This document shows, one piece after another, positions 46,353-58,200 of a stretch of 64,000 bases of DNA. The position numbers and the translations under genes are program-made. Source of the DNA: Acutalibacteraceae bacterium (lineage in GTDB: Bacteria > Bacillota > Clostridia > Oscillospirales > Acutalibacteraceae); contig JAZUNJ010000024.1 in assembly GCA_045604105.1 (NCBI GenBank), forward strand, positions 44,956 to 108,955. The letters are read 5' to 3'. Position 1 is the stretch's first letter; each line of letters begins with the position of its first letter. The notes beneath the pieces are model-generated. The model had not been told where the DNA came from. It saw only the letters and a list, made by a program, of their open reading frames with translations, and made no database searches.

Positions 46353-46444
46353 GCTTGATTGTTAAAATTTATTACAATTTATCTTGTTATTGATAACAAT
46401 ATGTGATAAAATATTTTGATAAATGAAATCGTGGAGGAGATTTT

Positions 46445-48238
46445 ATGGATATCTGGAGTTTGTGCTTACTGTGTGCCATTGTTCTTCTTTGCTGTGGTGC
46501 AGCAGGGTGTTATATAGTTTCAAAAATGAAAAAGAAGCCTCTTGTGAATGCTCAGACCGTTTTTGCAGCAGGCATAGCACTTGCAAGCATTGTTGCTTTT
46601 TATCCGATATATAAGCATGCCTTCAGAGATGAGGGTCTTACCGTGCTTAATCATGCTCTTCTTTCCGTTCATAACACAATCCGTCTTTTTGTTGTGGACA
46701 GTGATTACAGCTTCATTTCGGAAAACCTTGTAGGTGTTGAGGGTGCTGTGGGCAAAGCATACAACATGCTCATGACAGTGTTATACATCATTGCTCCTGC
46801 AATGACCTTCGGCTTTGTGCTTTCCTTTTTCAAAAACCTTTCGGCATATAAAATAATGCTGTTCAAATTCAGAAGGAAGTTCTTTGTTTTCTCCGAGCTT
46901 AATGACGGCTCTCTTGCCCTTGCAAGTAATCTTAAAAAAGCAAACCCGAAAAGCCTGATCATATTCACGGATGTTTATGAAAAGGATGACGAATACTCCT
47001 TTGAGCTTAAGGAAAAAGCAGACGAGCTTAAGGCTATCTGCTTCAGAAAGGACATTACCGCCATACATTTCAACCTTCACAGCAAAAAATCCACCGTTGA
47101 TCTTTTCATTATCGGTGAGGATGAAGATGAAAATGTGAAGCAGGTATATGACCTTGCAGGAAGATATAACAAATACTCCAACATGGCACTGTATATTTTC
47201 TCTTCAAATGTTGAAAGCGGCTTCATCGTTAACACAATAGACAGAGGAAAGCTCAAAGTGAGAAGAATTGACACTGTCCGTTCACTTATTCAGGAAAATC
47301 TTTATGAAAATGGTTATAACTGCATTTTCAGTAAGGCAGAAGAAACAGATGAGGGCTACAAGAAGATTTCAGCTCTTGTGCTCGGTATGGGTAAGCATGG
47401 CACTGAAATGACAAAGGCTCTTCCCTGGTTCTGCCAGATGGACTCCTACCGTGCTTACATCAACTGCTTTGATGCTGATAAAAATGCAGAAAGCCGCTTT
47501 AAGGCACTTTGCCCTGAGCTTTATGATGAGGAGCACAACGGCAATTTTGAAAAATACGGTGAAGCTCAGTATAAGCTGAAGATTCACCCGGAAACGGATG
47601 TGCTTTCCAATGAGTTTTATGATAAGCTCAGAGAAATCGGAACCGTAACATATATTCTTGTGGCTTTGGGTGATGACGGACTCAACATTCAGCTTGCAAC
47701 AAATCTAAGGTCATATTATGCTGCAAAGGGTATGTATCCTGCCATTCAGGCAGTTGTTTATTCAACAGAAAAGAAGCGCACCTTCAGCAACATGTCAACC
47801 TTCAATAACCTGAAATATGACATTGATTTCATCGGTGACCTTGATTCAAAGTATTCGATTGATGTTGTGCTTAACAGTGACCTTGAAAACAAGTGTATTA
47901 TCCGACATGAGGATGCAAAAAGCACTGACGATTTCTGGAAGTATGAATACAACTACCGTTCATCAATCGCTTCCGTTATGCATCAGAGAATGAAGCGTCT
48001 TTGCAAAATTTCTGCAGCAAGCAAGTATAAAAAGGACAGAACAGCTGAGGAAGCTTATCAGTTCAGCGTAATTGAGCACAGAAGATGGAACGCATATATG
48101 CGAAGTGAGGGCTACTGCTGCGGTGAAGAAAAAAATCACCTTGCAAAAACTCACCCTTGCCTCATTGATTTTGAAGCACTCACTCCCGAGGACAGGGAAA
48201 AAGATAACTATGAGCTTGTTGAAGATGATATGATATAA
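46445..48238 (+). CDS. Membrane protein with cytoplasmic Rossmann-like region and C-terminal RyR-like domain
   Basis: About 4 N-terminal TM helices. The C-terminus (VIEHRRWNAYMRSEGYCCGEEKNHLAKTHPCLIDFEALTPEDREKD) resembles the bacterial RyR-domain pattern (H..W......GW..G.......HP.L..(Y/F)..L....K..D). Confidence 0.5.
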   Translation: MDIWSLCLLCAIVLLCCGAAGCYIVSKMKKKPLVNAQTVFAAGIALASIVAFYPIYKHAFRDEGLTVLNHALLSVHNTIRLFVVDSDYSFISENLVGVEGAVGKAYNMLMTVLYIIAPAMTFGFVLSFFKNLSAYKIMLFKFRRKFFVFSELNDGSLALASNLKKANPKSLIIFTDVYEKDDEYSFELKEKADELKAICFRKDITAIHFNLHSKKSTVDLFIIGEDEDENVKQVYDLAGRYNKYSNMALYIFSSNVESGFIVNTIDRGKLKVRRIDTVRSLIQENLYENGYNCIFSKAEETDEGYKKISALVLGMGKHGTEMTKALPWFCQMDSYRAYINCFDADKNAESRFKALCPELYDEEHNGNFEKYGEAQYKLKIHPETDVLSNEFYDKLREIGTVTYILVALGDDGLNIQLATNLRSYYAAKGMYPAIQAVVYSTEKKRTFSNMSTFNNLKYDIDFIGDLDSKYSIDVVLNSDLENKCIIRHEDAKSTDDFWKYEYNYRSSIASVMHQRMKRLCKISAASKYKKDRTAEEAYQFSVIEHRRWNAYMRSEGYCCGEEKNHLAKTHPCLIDFEALTPEDREKDNYELVEDDMI

Positions 48239-48252
48239 AAAACAATTAATTG

Positions 48253-48289
48253 AACTCTGGCGAAGAATTATCCTTCGTCAGAGTTTTTT
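48253..48289 (+). terminator. Terminator of the RyR-domain membrane protein gene
   Basis: aactctggcgaag...cttcgtcagagtt followed by ttttt. Confidence 0.7.
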
Positions 48290-48369
48290 CATAATAAGAA
48301 AAATATTGACTGAATGAAAATGTATTGCTATAATGTTACTGTAATTTTTAATCTTTTAAGGAGATGCAT

Positions 48370-49140
48370 ATGAAACCTGTAAATATTAACCCTGAGCTTT
48401 GTGTAGGCTGCGGCAAATGTGTAAATGACTGTGTGTCGGAAAAACTCAGAATAGTAAACGGAAAAGCACAATTTATGTTTGAGCGCTGCATTGAATGCGG
48501 TCACTGCTATGCAATTTGTCCCACGGGGGCGGTTTCGATGACAAGCTATCCCGATGCAGAAGATGTAATGCCTATTGATTTCACCGAATTTGACAGTGAC
48601 AGACTTCTTCTTGCCATGAGAAGCAGAAGAACAATCCGCAAATTCAGAAAAGAAGCGGTGAGTGATGAAGCAATTGAAAAAATCATTGAAGCCGGAAGGT
48701 ATTGTCCCACAGGCACCAACGCTCAGGATTTTTCATTCACCGTCATAAAGGAAGGCCTACCCGAAATTGAAAAAGAGGCACTGAAGCTTTTCAGATTCGC
48801 ACAGAAAACAGTATCTCCTCTTGCAAAGTATATTAAAAACACAACTCTTGATGACAACTTCTTTTTCAAGGGTGCTCCCGTTGCTATTGTCGTTAACGGA
48901 AAGGGGTCTACAAGCCCTTGCCTTGCTTCATCATACATGGAGCTCATGGCAGAAAGCATGGGCCTTGGAGTGCTTTACAGCGGCTTTTTTGTGGCTGCTG
49001 CCAAGCTTAATCCGAAAATTGCAGCAATGCTTCAGACAGAAAAGGGTCATTCTCCCGTCACATGCCTTGTAATCGGCTATCCCGATGTCAGCTATGAGCG
49101 CATACCTCCAAGAAGGAAGGCAAAAATCAATTATATCTGA
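48370..49140 (+). CDS. Nitroreductase-family protein with N-terminal 2x[4Fe-4S] ferredoxin domain
   Basis: Ferredoxin clusters CVGCGKCVNDC and CIECGHCYAICP. A nitroreductase core follows (RRTIRKFRKEAVSDE...RYCPTGTNAQDFSF). Confidence 0.8.
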   Translation: MKPVNINPELCVGCGKCVNDCVSEKLRIVNGKAQFMFERCIECGHCYAICPTGAVSMTSYPDAEDVMPIDFTEFDSDRLLLAMRSRRTIRKFRKEAVSDEAIEKIIEAGRYCPTGTNAQDFSFTVIKEGLPEIEKEALKLFRFAQKTVSPLAKYIKNTTLDDNFFFKGAPVAIVVNGKGSTSPCLASSYMELMAESMGLGVLYSGFFVAAAKLNPKIAAMLQTEKGHSPVTCLVIGYPDVSYERIPPRRKAKINYI

Positions 49141-49245
49141 TGCTGAAAAGAGCAGATTTTCTTATACCATATTATATATTATAAAGCTTGTGTTTAAAAA
49201 AGACAGATACACAGTGTAACTGTCTTTTTGCTTTTACATGAATAG

Positions 49246-49281
49246 CAAAAAAGAACCCCCGAAGGATTTCCTTCGGGGGTT
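49246..49281 (-). terminator. Terminator of the giant gene
   Basis: The minus strand reads aacccccgaagg-aaatc-cttcgggggtt followed by cttttttg. Confidence 0.8.
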
Positions 49282-49292
49282 AATTCAGTTAA

Positions 49293-52200
49293 TCAGTTGA
49301 AAAGGTTTTTAAACCATTCAATGATCTTGTTGAACCATTCAATAATTCTCTGGAAGAAGGCGATGAGACCGTTAGGTGCAATACCTTCAGATGTGAGAAT
49401 ATCTTCAAAGTTCGTATCAAGGAACTGAGCAAGGAGATTACCGATAGTCTGCTCATTGGGATCGTCTGACATGCCGAGATCCTTGAGAATCTGCTGCCAC
49501 TGAGCATTGATATCCTTGAGGCCGCCGGCTGTTTCGCCAACACCGAGGTCTGCTCCGTAGAACAGATAGTAAAGTGTTGCGAGAGCCTTGTCCATGCCAA
49601 GGTATGTTTCTGTTGCGCATGTAGCAATTGTATCAAGAACACCTCTTACATACTTTTCGGCATCAGCAGTCATACCAAGATGATCTCTGAGGAGGCCGAG
49701 AAGTATTTCCTGATTATTTTCATGCATGATGAATGTAACAATCAGTCTCATTACAACTGTAACCATTTCAGTCTTTGCTTCTTCAGACTGATAAATCATT
49801 CTGTAAGCGGTCTTTCCGTTAGCTGATTCATAGGATACAAGAGTACCGATGGTAAGCTCGGAAACAGCGCTTGCATTGAGATTTTCAAATCTGTAGCCTG
49901 TTGCATCTGCAATCATGTCAAGAAGCATTTCGAAGAGCTTCTCGAATGTAAGAGTTGAAAGATCAAGGCCGATGATTTCGTAAAGGTCAATCTTAGCAAT
50001 GGGTTCAATTGCATCAAGAAGAGCGTAAACTGCATTGAGTGTATTCTTAACAACTGTGTCAACACCGTTTGAATTGATGAAGTAGATAAGGTTGGGAAGC
50101 ATTGAGAGAATCTCTTCAGCAGGATCAACCATAATTTCGTCTACTCTGTCAAGAAGGGGATTGAGAATTGAAGTAAGAAGTACATCACCGTTTGCCTCAA
50201 CAGCTGCATAGTAATCAGCAGGAGTCATAACGTTGTCGCATTCAAGAGTTTCAAGAAGAGGAATGATACCGTAAGCATAGCCTTCAGCACCTTCAAGCTT
50301 GATTGCGTCAACAGGACCGTTTGCACCTTCCTTGGCAAGAAGAGCGATATCTTCGTCAGCAAGTACCCACTTAAGAACGCCGTAGAGAGGTTCAAGAACA
50401 TCGCAAAGGCTTGCAACGAACTGAGCTCTGTCGTCTGTGAATTCGGGAACTTCAACCTTGGCAACTGCTGCGATATCTGCAATGCCGGCTGTCTTAAGAA
50501 CTGCGGCAATGTGCTTGCCAACGTTCTTGCCCTTAGCTTCAAGGTTAACAATTCCGTCAAGAACACCTGCGAGGGCGTCACGGATAGCAATTACGTTCTT
50601 GCTGTTGTAAAGTCCGCCGTTAATAAGCTCATCAATAAGCTCATTGAGGTTATCAATGCTTACACCGTTAATGTTGATACCGAGAAGGTAAATGATGTTG
50701 TTGATAAAATCACCAACATTGTCAGCAATGTACTGAGCCATTTCTTCAGTGTAAAGAGGACCGTATTTGTGGTTTGTGAGATAAAGCTTTGAGGATTCAA
50801 TTGCTGAGAATGCATAGCCTGTGTCTGCCTTATCAACAAACTTCCAATCGAATTCCTGAATGTCTGCAGGAACAACACCCTTATTGAAGATGTAATCGAT
50901 TACCTTATAAGCGTCTTCACCAACAAGGTCTTCAACGAAGTCTTTGTTTGCTGAATCTGCAAGGGTAAGAACGATGAGGTTAGCAAGAACTGTTACCATG
51001 TCGTACTTATCGAATTCATCAACATAAGTCATCTTCTTAGCAACGCTGATGCTTACTGAATCATATTCGTTAACCTGGCCGAGACCGAAGCCCACAAGAA
51101 CATTTTCAAGCTTTGTAAGGTCAAGACCTGTCATAAGTGAAACTGCCTGAAGGATATCCTTCATTGCAAGGTGGTCAAGGTCGATTGTTGCGCCCTTGCC
51201 CTCAATGTTCATAAGCTTCTGAAGGTTTACAAGCTCGTTGATGTCAACGTTCACACCTAATGCTTCAAGCTTTGTGAGAAGAACTGTGATAGCAGCAAGT
51301 GTGTTGTCAACCACTGCAGCAACACCGTTGGTGTTGAGGAAGTAGAGAAGGTTGGGAAGAAGTGCGATAACTTCTTCTACAGGATTTTCAAGAATTTCAT
51401 CAATGCGTGCTGCAAGAGAATTGAGAACGCCTGAAACGATTTCTTCTGTTGTTGTTTCAGCGCCGTAAACAGTGGGAAGGTTTTCACAGCCGAGTGCTTC
51501 AAGAAGAAGTGCAAGTCCTTCTGCATAACCCTGAGCACCGTTAATCACGATGAAGTCTACGGGAAGGTCGTTATCGTCAACATCCTTAACAAAGAATCTG
51601 TAATCGTTACCAAGAAGGAACCATTCAACAAGACCCTTAGCATAGGTGTTAAGAACATTTGCAAGCTCTGAAGCGAATGCGTCAACAGTTGTAATTCCTT
51701 CGGGAGCCTTGTAAGCCTTAAGACCCACAACATCAGCACCGAGAAGAACTCCTGCTGCGTCAAGAAGACCGTTGTCGATATCCTTAAGAAGATTTGCAAG
51801 AAGATCAACGACAGCCTGAAGGTTTTCGCTTGTGAATACGTTAACCTTGTCATTGAGAAGTGCGCTGAGTGAATCGTAGTTGCTGTCGATGAGAGAAGCA
51901 ACGAGGTCAGCAAGCTCAGGAAGGTTATCTGTCACATACTGTGCTGTTGCTTCGTTCCAGTTGTTGGGATAAGTAATAGCATACTTCATAGCATCAACTG
52001 TACCGTTGTCAGCAAGGGGATAGTCCCAATCGGGAACTGTATAGATGATTTCTACGTCTGCGAAAACATCCTTGAGAGCTGAGATGATTTCAGTGCCGAT
52101 CATTTCGTCAAGCTTTGCAGCGTTTTCTTCATCTTCAACTGCAACAAGAAGAGCAGCTGTCACAAGAACGGTAATCATATCGTGCTTGTCAAATTCGTCT

Positions 52201-55200
52201 GCATATTCCATCTTAGCAGTATAATCGAAGCTGCTTACTGAATCGTATGCAGTAACCTTACCAAGAGCAAAGCCTGTGAGTACATCCTTAAGAACTGTGA
52301 GATTAAGACCTGTAATTTCTGAAACGAGTTCAAGGATTGCTTCAATTGTAAGGTTGTCAAGGCCGATTGCGAGATCCTTTTCGATACCGCAGAGTTCTTC
52401 AATGTTAACAAGATCATCAAGAGTAATGTTAAGACCGAATGCCTTGAGCTTGAGAGCAAGGGCGTTGAATGCGCCTGCAAGGTTATTTACGGAAGCTGCA
52501 ACGCCGTTAGCGTTGAGGAAGTAAATAAGGTTGGGAAGAATGTCGAGAGCTCTTTCAACGGGAGAATTGAAGATTTCACCGATTCTTGCAGCAACTGACT
52601 TGAGAACTGCAACAACTACGTCTTCAGTCTTGAGGTTTTCAACACCGTAAACCTCGGGAAGGTTCTGACAGCCGAGAGCCTCAAGAAGGGGAGCAAGACC
52701 TTCAGCATAACCCTGAGCACCGTTGATTGTGATGATATCTGTGCCTTCAAGCTTTGTGCCCTTAGCGTCAACATCGTTAACGAAGAGCTTGATATCGTCG
52801 CCGAGAAGGAGCCATTCAACAACGCCCTTAGCATAGGTGTTAAGAACATTAGCAAGCTCAAGTGCGAATTCTTCAACAGTGTCAATTCCTTCGGGAGCCT
52901 TGTAAGCCTTGAGACCAACAAGATCAACCTTGAGAAGAACGCCGAGACTGAGAAGCTTATCGTCAACATTGCCAAGAAGCTTTGTGATAAGACCAACAAG
53001 GTCATCAAGAGTCTTTGAGGTGAATACGTCAACCTCTGACTTAAGAAGAGCTGCAAGTGAATCGTGGTCGCTTACCATGCCAACAACGATATCAACAAGA
53101 GCGGGAAGGTTGTCAGCAAGATACTGTGCCTTTTCTTCTGTCCAGTCGTTGGGATATGTGATTGCACTTTCAATTACTTCGATTGTACCTTCGTCATAGT
53201 TGATTTCACCGTTGAAGTAGTTGTAGTTGGGTTTAATATATTCAACGGGAGTGCTCTCGAATACTTCGTCAAGTGCTGAGATGATGTCAGTACCGATTGC
53301 CTTGTCAAGAGCTGCTGCGTTAGCTTCATCCTGAACAAAGATAAGAGCGATTGTAAGGATAATTGTAACAACGTCAGATTTTGCTGCGTCCATTCTGTAA
53401 ATGTAGTTGCCCTTTGTAATCTTACCTGTGCAGAAGTTTACAAGGTAATCTTCAACAACTGCAAAGTTGAATTCGGGAAGAACTGCTTCAAGAATTTCAA
53501 CAACATCAGCAAGTGAAAGCTCTTCAAGGTTAAGAACAAATTCAGTACCGTCTGCCTTCTTGAACTTGATAAGATCTGAAAGGCTTACGTTGAGACCGAA
53601 TGCCTGAAGCTTTGTAAGAAGAGCATTTACGGGAGCAAGAAGATTGCCGATTGCAACACCTGCGCCGTTTGCATTAAGGAAGTAGATAAGGTTGGGAAGA
53701 AGCTCAACAACTTCATCAACGGGCTTTTCAAGAATTTCGTCAACTCTTGCTGCAAGAGCACCGAGAACATTAGCAGTTGTTGCTTTTTCTGCGGTGGGAG
53801 CATCTGCACCGAGAGCTTCGAGAATGAGTGCAAGACCCTTTTCGTAGCCGTAGCCGCCGTTGATAACAATTGTATCGTTAAGGTCTGTCTTCTTAGCGAA
53901 TCTGTAGTCATCGCCGAAGAAGAGCCAGTTGATAAGACCGCCTGCATAGGTGTCAAGAACATTTGCAAGCTCTGCTGCGAATGCTTCTGTGAGTGTCTTA
54001 TCCTCGGTTGCAACGATTTCAGGTGCCTTATATGCCTTGAGACCGTTGATGTCAACATCAAGAAGTCTGCCGGCAGCTTCAATGAGGTTTGCATCAATAT
54101 CTTCAAGAAGACCTGTGATGAGACCAACAAGCTGATTGAGTGAATCAGCGGTAAGATAGCCGTTGAGAAGGTCTGAAAGAAGAGCTGAAACTGTTGCGGG
54201 AGCATCTGCCTTATCCTTATTGATAAGACCGATTACAAGGTCAGCAAGCTCGGGAAGGTTATCAGCGATATACTGTGCCTTTTCCTCAGTCCAGTCGTTG
54301 GGATACTCAAGTGCATAAAGAGTGTTGGGAAGGCCTGCGCCTGTTGCGATGTAAGCGTCAAGTGCTTCCTGTGAATCGAACCAGTAGTACCAGTTGGGTT
54401 CTGCATAATCAAATTCGCCAAGGTCAGCGAATACGCCTTCAAGCTTACTGATAATGTCAGTGCCGATAAGCTTGTCGAGTGCTGCAGCATTATTCGGCTT
54501 TGCACCCCATTCGAGAACGTATGAAAGAATTACTGTAAGAAGGTCATGTGCTTCGAAGTCATTATGGAATGCGCCCTTCTTCCATGTGCTGTTGAGAGTT
54601 GAAGCTGAATCATATTCAACACCGATGTGCTTACATACATCGTATACAAGTGTGCCGAGGAAATCGATATCAAGACCGAGAAGCTTATAAAGAAGGTCAA
54701 CAACAAAGTTGATATCAAGATGCTTAAGATCAATGTTAAGACCTGTGCTTTCAGTTGCAGTTTTAATCATTTCTGCAAGGTTGATATCGAAGAGAGGACG
54801 GATTGTGTCAAGCACTGCATAAACAGGAGTGAGGAGCTTGTCAACACCCTGTGAAAGTCCGTCGCTTGCGAGATAGTAGATAACACCGGGAATGCTGTCA
54901 AGCATATCCTTGATAGTGCTGTTGTACTTATTATTTGTGAGCCTTGCAAGTCTTGTAATAAGAGCATCAACAAGCTTTGCAAGTGCATCTTCATTTTCAC
55001 CAAGGGCAGTTACATTGTCACAGCCGAGAGCTTCAAGAAGGGGAACAATTGCATTGTCATAGCCCTTATAGCCCTGAAGTGTGATTGCACTGTCGATGAG
55101 AGTGAGATCCTTACCTGCAAAAATGAAGTCGATTGCAGGTCTGAAGGGAGCGAGAAGCTGAACAAGCTTTGCACCGAATGCTGCACCGTTGCCGTCTTCA

Positions 55201-58200
55201 AAGCCCCAGTTGTAATCGTCTGCAAGGTCCTTATACTGTGCAAACACTGCAAGGTCAATACCAAGCTCATCTTTAAGCAGAGCATTGATGTCGAATGCGG
55301 GAGCCTCGGCTTCGCCACCTTCTTCTGCAGTTTCAGTGTCACCTGCAAGAAGAGCGTTCAGGTCGAGACCTGCAAGGAGCTTTGCAAGAGCTGTGAGATT
55401 TGCATTTGAGTAAAGAGCATTGATTTTGCTTGCAAGCTCATCTTCAATGTCAAATGTTGATTCTGCATCTATGGTTTTGATGATGCCGCTTACAATAGCA
55501 TCAAGGTTGTCATAAAGGTATTCAGCCTTACCTTCTGTCCAGTCATTGTCATAGCTGAGATAGATTTCATCAGCAGGAGTCAGAGGTGTCTGAGTACCCT
55601 TTGAGCCGTCATACCAATAATATCCGCCAACGGGGTATTCGGTCTGGTTTGCAAGCTCAACAATTGCAGCAATTACATCGCCGACATCCATTTCGTCAAG
55701 ATTGAGATCTTCATAGATAACCTTCTTGAGACCGGCAATTGCTTCCTCGTCGGGAATTGTCTTGCCGTTGGCGTCTTTGATAGCTACACCGTTTTCATCC
55801 TTCTGAGTCATGAACAGACCAAGGAGGCTTGTAAGTGCTGCTTCATCCTTAACTGCGTTAAGAATGTATGAAAGAAGGTAATAGCCTACGCCTGCCTTGT
55901 CAGCAACGATTGTGTAAGCTTCACCTGCGTTAACGCCGGAATAGATAGCTGCTTTTCTTCCGGTTGAAACCTTTGTGAGTTTACCGAGAGTTGCAAGAGT
56001 TGTCTGGTCGATTGCGGGAAGCTCAAGACCGAAGTTTGAAAGCAGTGAGTTAATACCGCCTGCAAACATGCTTTCGGGAAGAAGAGCACCTTCGTCACTT
56101 GTGATAAGAATATCACCAAGGAAGATATCAACGCCGTCACTGACAACTGTTACAGCACCGCCGCCGATAACACCGGCCTTGTACCATACCTTTGTTGTAA
56201 GGTTGTTAAGAAGAGGCTTAACCATACCGAATGCAAGAGCATAAACAAGGTTGGGAAGAATTCCGAGAATTGTGTCAACGGGCTTTTCACCGAGAGTTTC
56301 AAGGAATGTGAAAATAGGCTTGAGAATTTCTTTAAGAACATAAGCAATGTCATCGTTGCCTTCAATTGATGCCACCGGGGTGTAAGGAACACCGAGAAGC
56401 TCATAAATGGGAACAAGAGTGTTAGCATAACCGGGGTTACCGTATGCACCAAGATCAAGTGTTACGTTAAGAACAAGTGCATGAGCAAACTGAAGAATAC
56501 TGTCGGGTTCCCAGTTAATGTTTGTGATAAGAGCTGTCAGAAGAGGCTTGATACCTTCTGCTGCATCAGCAAATACTTCATAGAACTTAGCTTCTCTTTC
56601 TTCAAGATCTTCAATTTCATCAATACCCCAGACGAACTTGAGTTTGCCTGTTTCTGTGTCAAGAATGTGAACTGATGTCCATGAATCGTCATAACCACCT
56701 GCTGCCTTAAGCATAGCAACTGTTTCGGGATATTTTGTTTCATCAAGAACACCTGCGAGAAGGTCAGGATAAAGCTCAAGACCTGTTTCTTTACATACAG
56801 TGTAGAAGTCCTTATTGTATGTAACCTTCATACCTGATGCTTCAGAGGGAAGGTTTGAGAAAGCCTTTGTGAACTCATTGAGAACAAGAGGATAAAGCAG
56901 CTGAATAAATGTGTTGATGAAGTCATCCTTAAACAGGAAGCCCTTTACAGTGTCTGAAAGCAAGGCACCGATGTCAAGAGCGCTTCCGTCTTCGTTGATA
57001 AGTGAGCCGACAAGGTCACTTGTGATGATAGTGTCAAGGTCATTTACAAGGTTAAGAAGATTCTGCTCTGTAACTTCGTAAGCATCCTTTCTGACTTCAT
57101 CATTGGGATAAACGTCACGGTCTTCATAATCGATAACTGTCTGCTCATAATCAGCAAAACCGAAGGTTGTAGCATATCTGCAGTACTCATAATAAATTTC
57201 ATCAAAGTATGCATTATATGTGTTCATTGTGTCTGCGCTGATATATGAACCCTTACCTTCATTGTTGAGGTAATCCTGGATACCGTCGCTCTTACCCTTA
57301 TTGTTGGTTGCATCATCATCATAGTTTTCTGCATGATAAAGCTTATCCCAACCGTCTTCGAGGGGAACAACAACAGCTTTAAGCTTGAGATATGACATCA
57401 TGTCAAGAGTAGTGGGTCTTTCAAGCTCGTTGTAAACAGCATCAACAGCATTTACCTGAGCTGTGAAACGGTCTGCAAGAAGTCTGTAAAGACCGTCGAG
57501 CATGTTGTCAGCATCAGTTCTGATCTGACCGAGAAGAAGATCTCTTCTGGCGTAAGTGAGTGTGTTATAGAACTCGTCAAGGCCTAATTTCTGTTCCTTG
57601 ACTTCCTGAATCTTTGCATAAACATCTTCTGTTTTGAGGCCAACAAAAGACTTGTGAGCATTTTCTGCAAAGTAAAGAACATACTCATTGATTTCGCACT
57701 TCAGTTCTTCCTGAAGGTCAAGAAGATATACATAGCCTTCACTGTAAACAGCATTGATTACCTGAAGCTCGCCGCCTCTTGCATTTGAACGGTATGTACC
57801 GATTGCGTTGATGTAACCTGAAATTTCTGAATAGAGGCTCTGCTGTTCAACTGTTTCATAGTCCTTGTAAGTATCCTTGTAAGTATTATAGAAGTTGTCT
57901 GCAGCATTTCTGCTGTCGTTAAGGTAGTATACCTGATAGTTATCTGTGAAGTTGTAGAGATAGTTCATATCGATATCGCCGTTGTTAACGAAATAGTCGA
58001 GAACTGTACCACCTGCTACAAGTGCATCGTAGTAGCCCATGAAGGTAAGGTAATCAGCTTCCATCTTTGCATGTGTGGCTGAACCCTTTTCACCAAAAGC
58101 ACCCCAGTTATTTGCACCGCCGCCTTCACCCCAGCTGAATACACCGTATGAGGGGTTAGCTGCTATAAAATTCTTATAGTTTTCAACTATGGGAAGGAAT

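Noticed and set aside
49913-56779. A series of 60-192-aa ORFs inside the giant gene, on both strands. On the same strand they fall in one recurring alternative frame (for example 50225-50590, 51557-51913, 52616-53056, 53627-54205, 55010-55348).
   Set aside because: They recur at equivalent positions in each module because the DNA is repeated. Their translations are low-complexity (rich in Leu, Ser and Thr) and they have no RBS. The main frame is uninterrupted for 3318 codons with coherent repeats. I treat them as frame shadows of a biased, repeated coding sequence.
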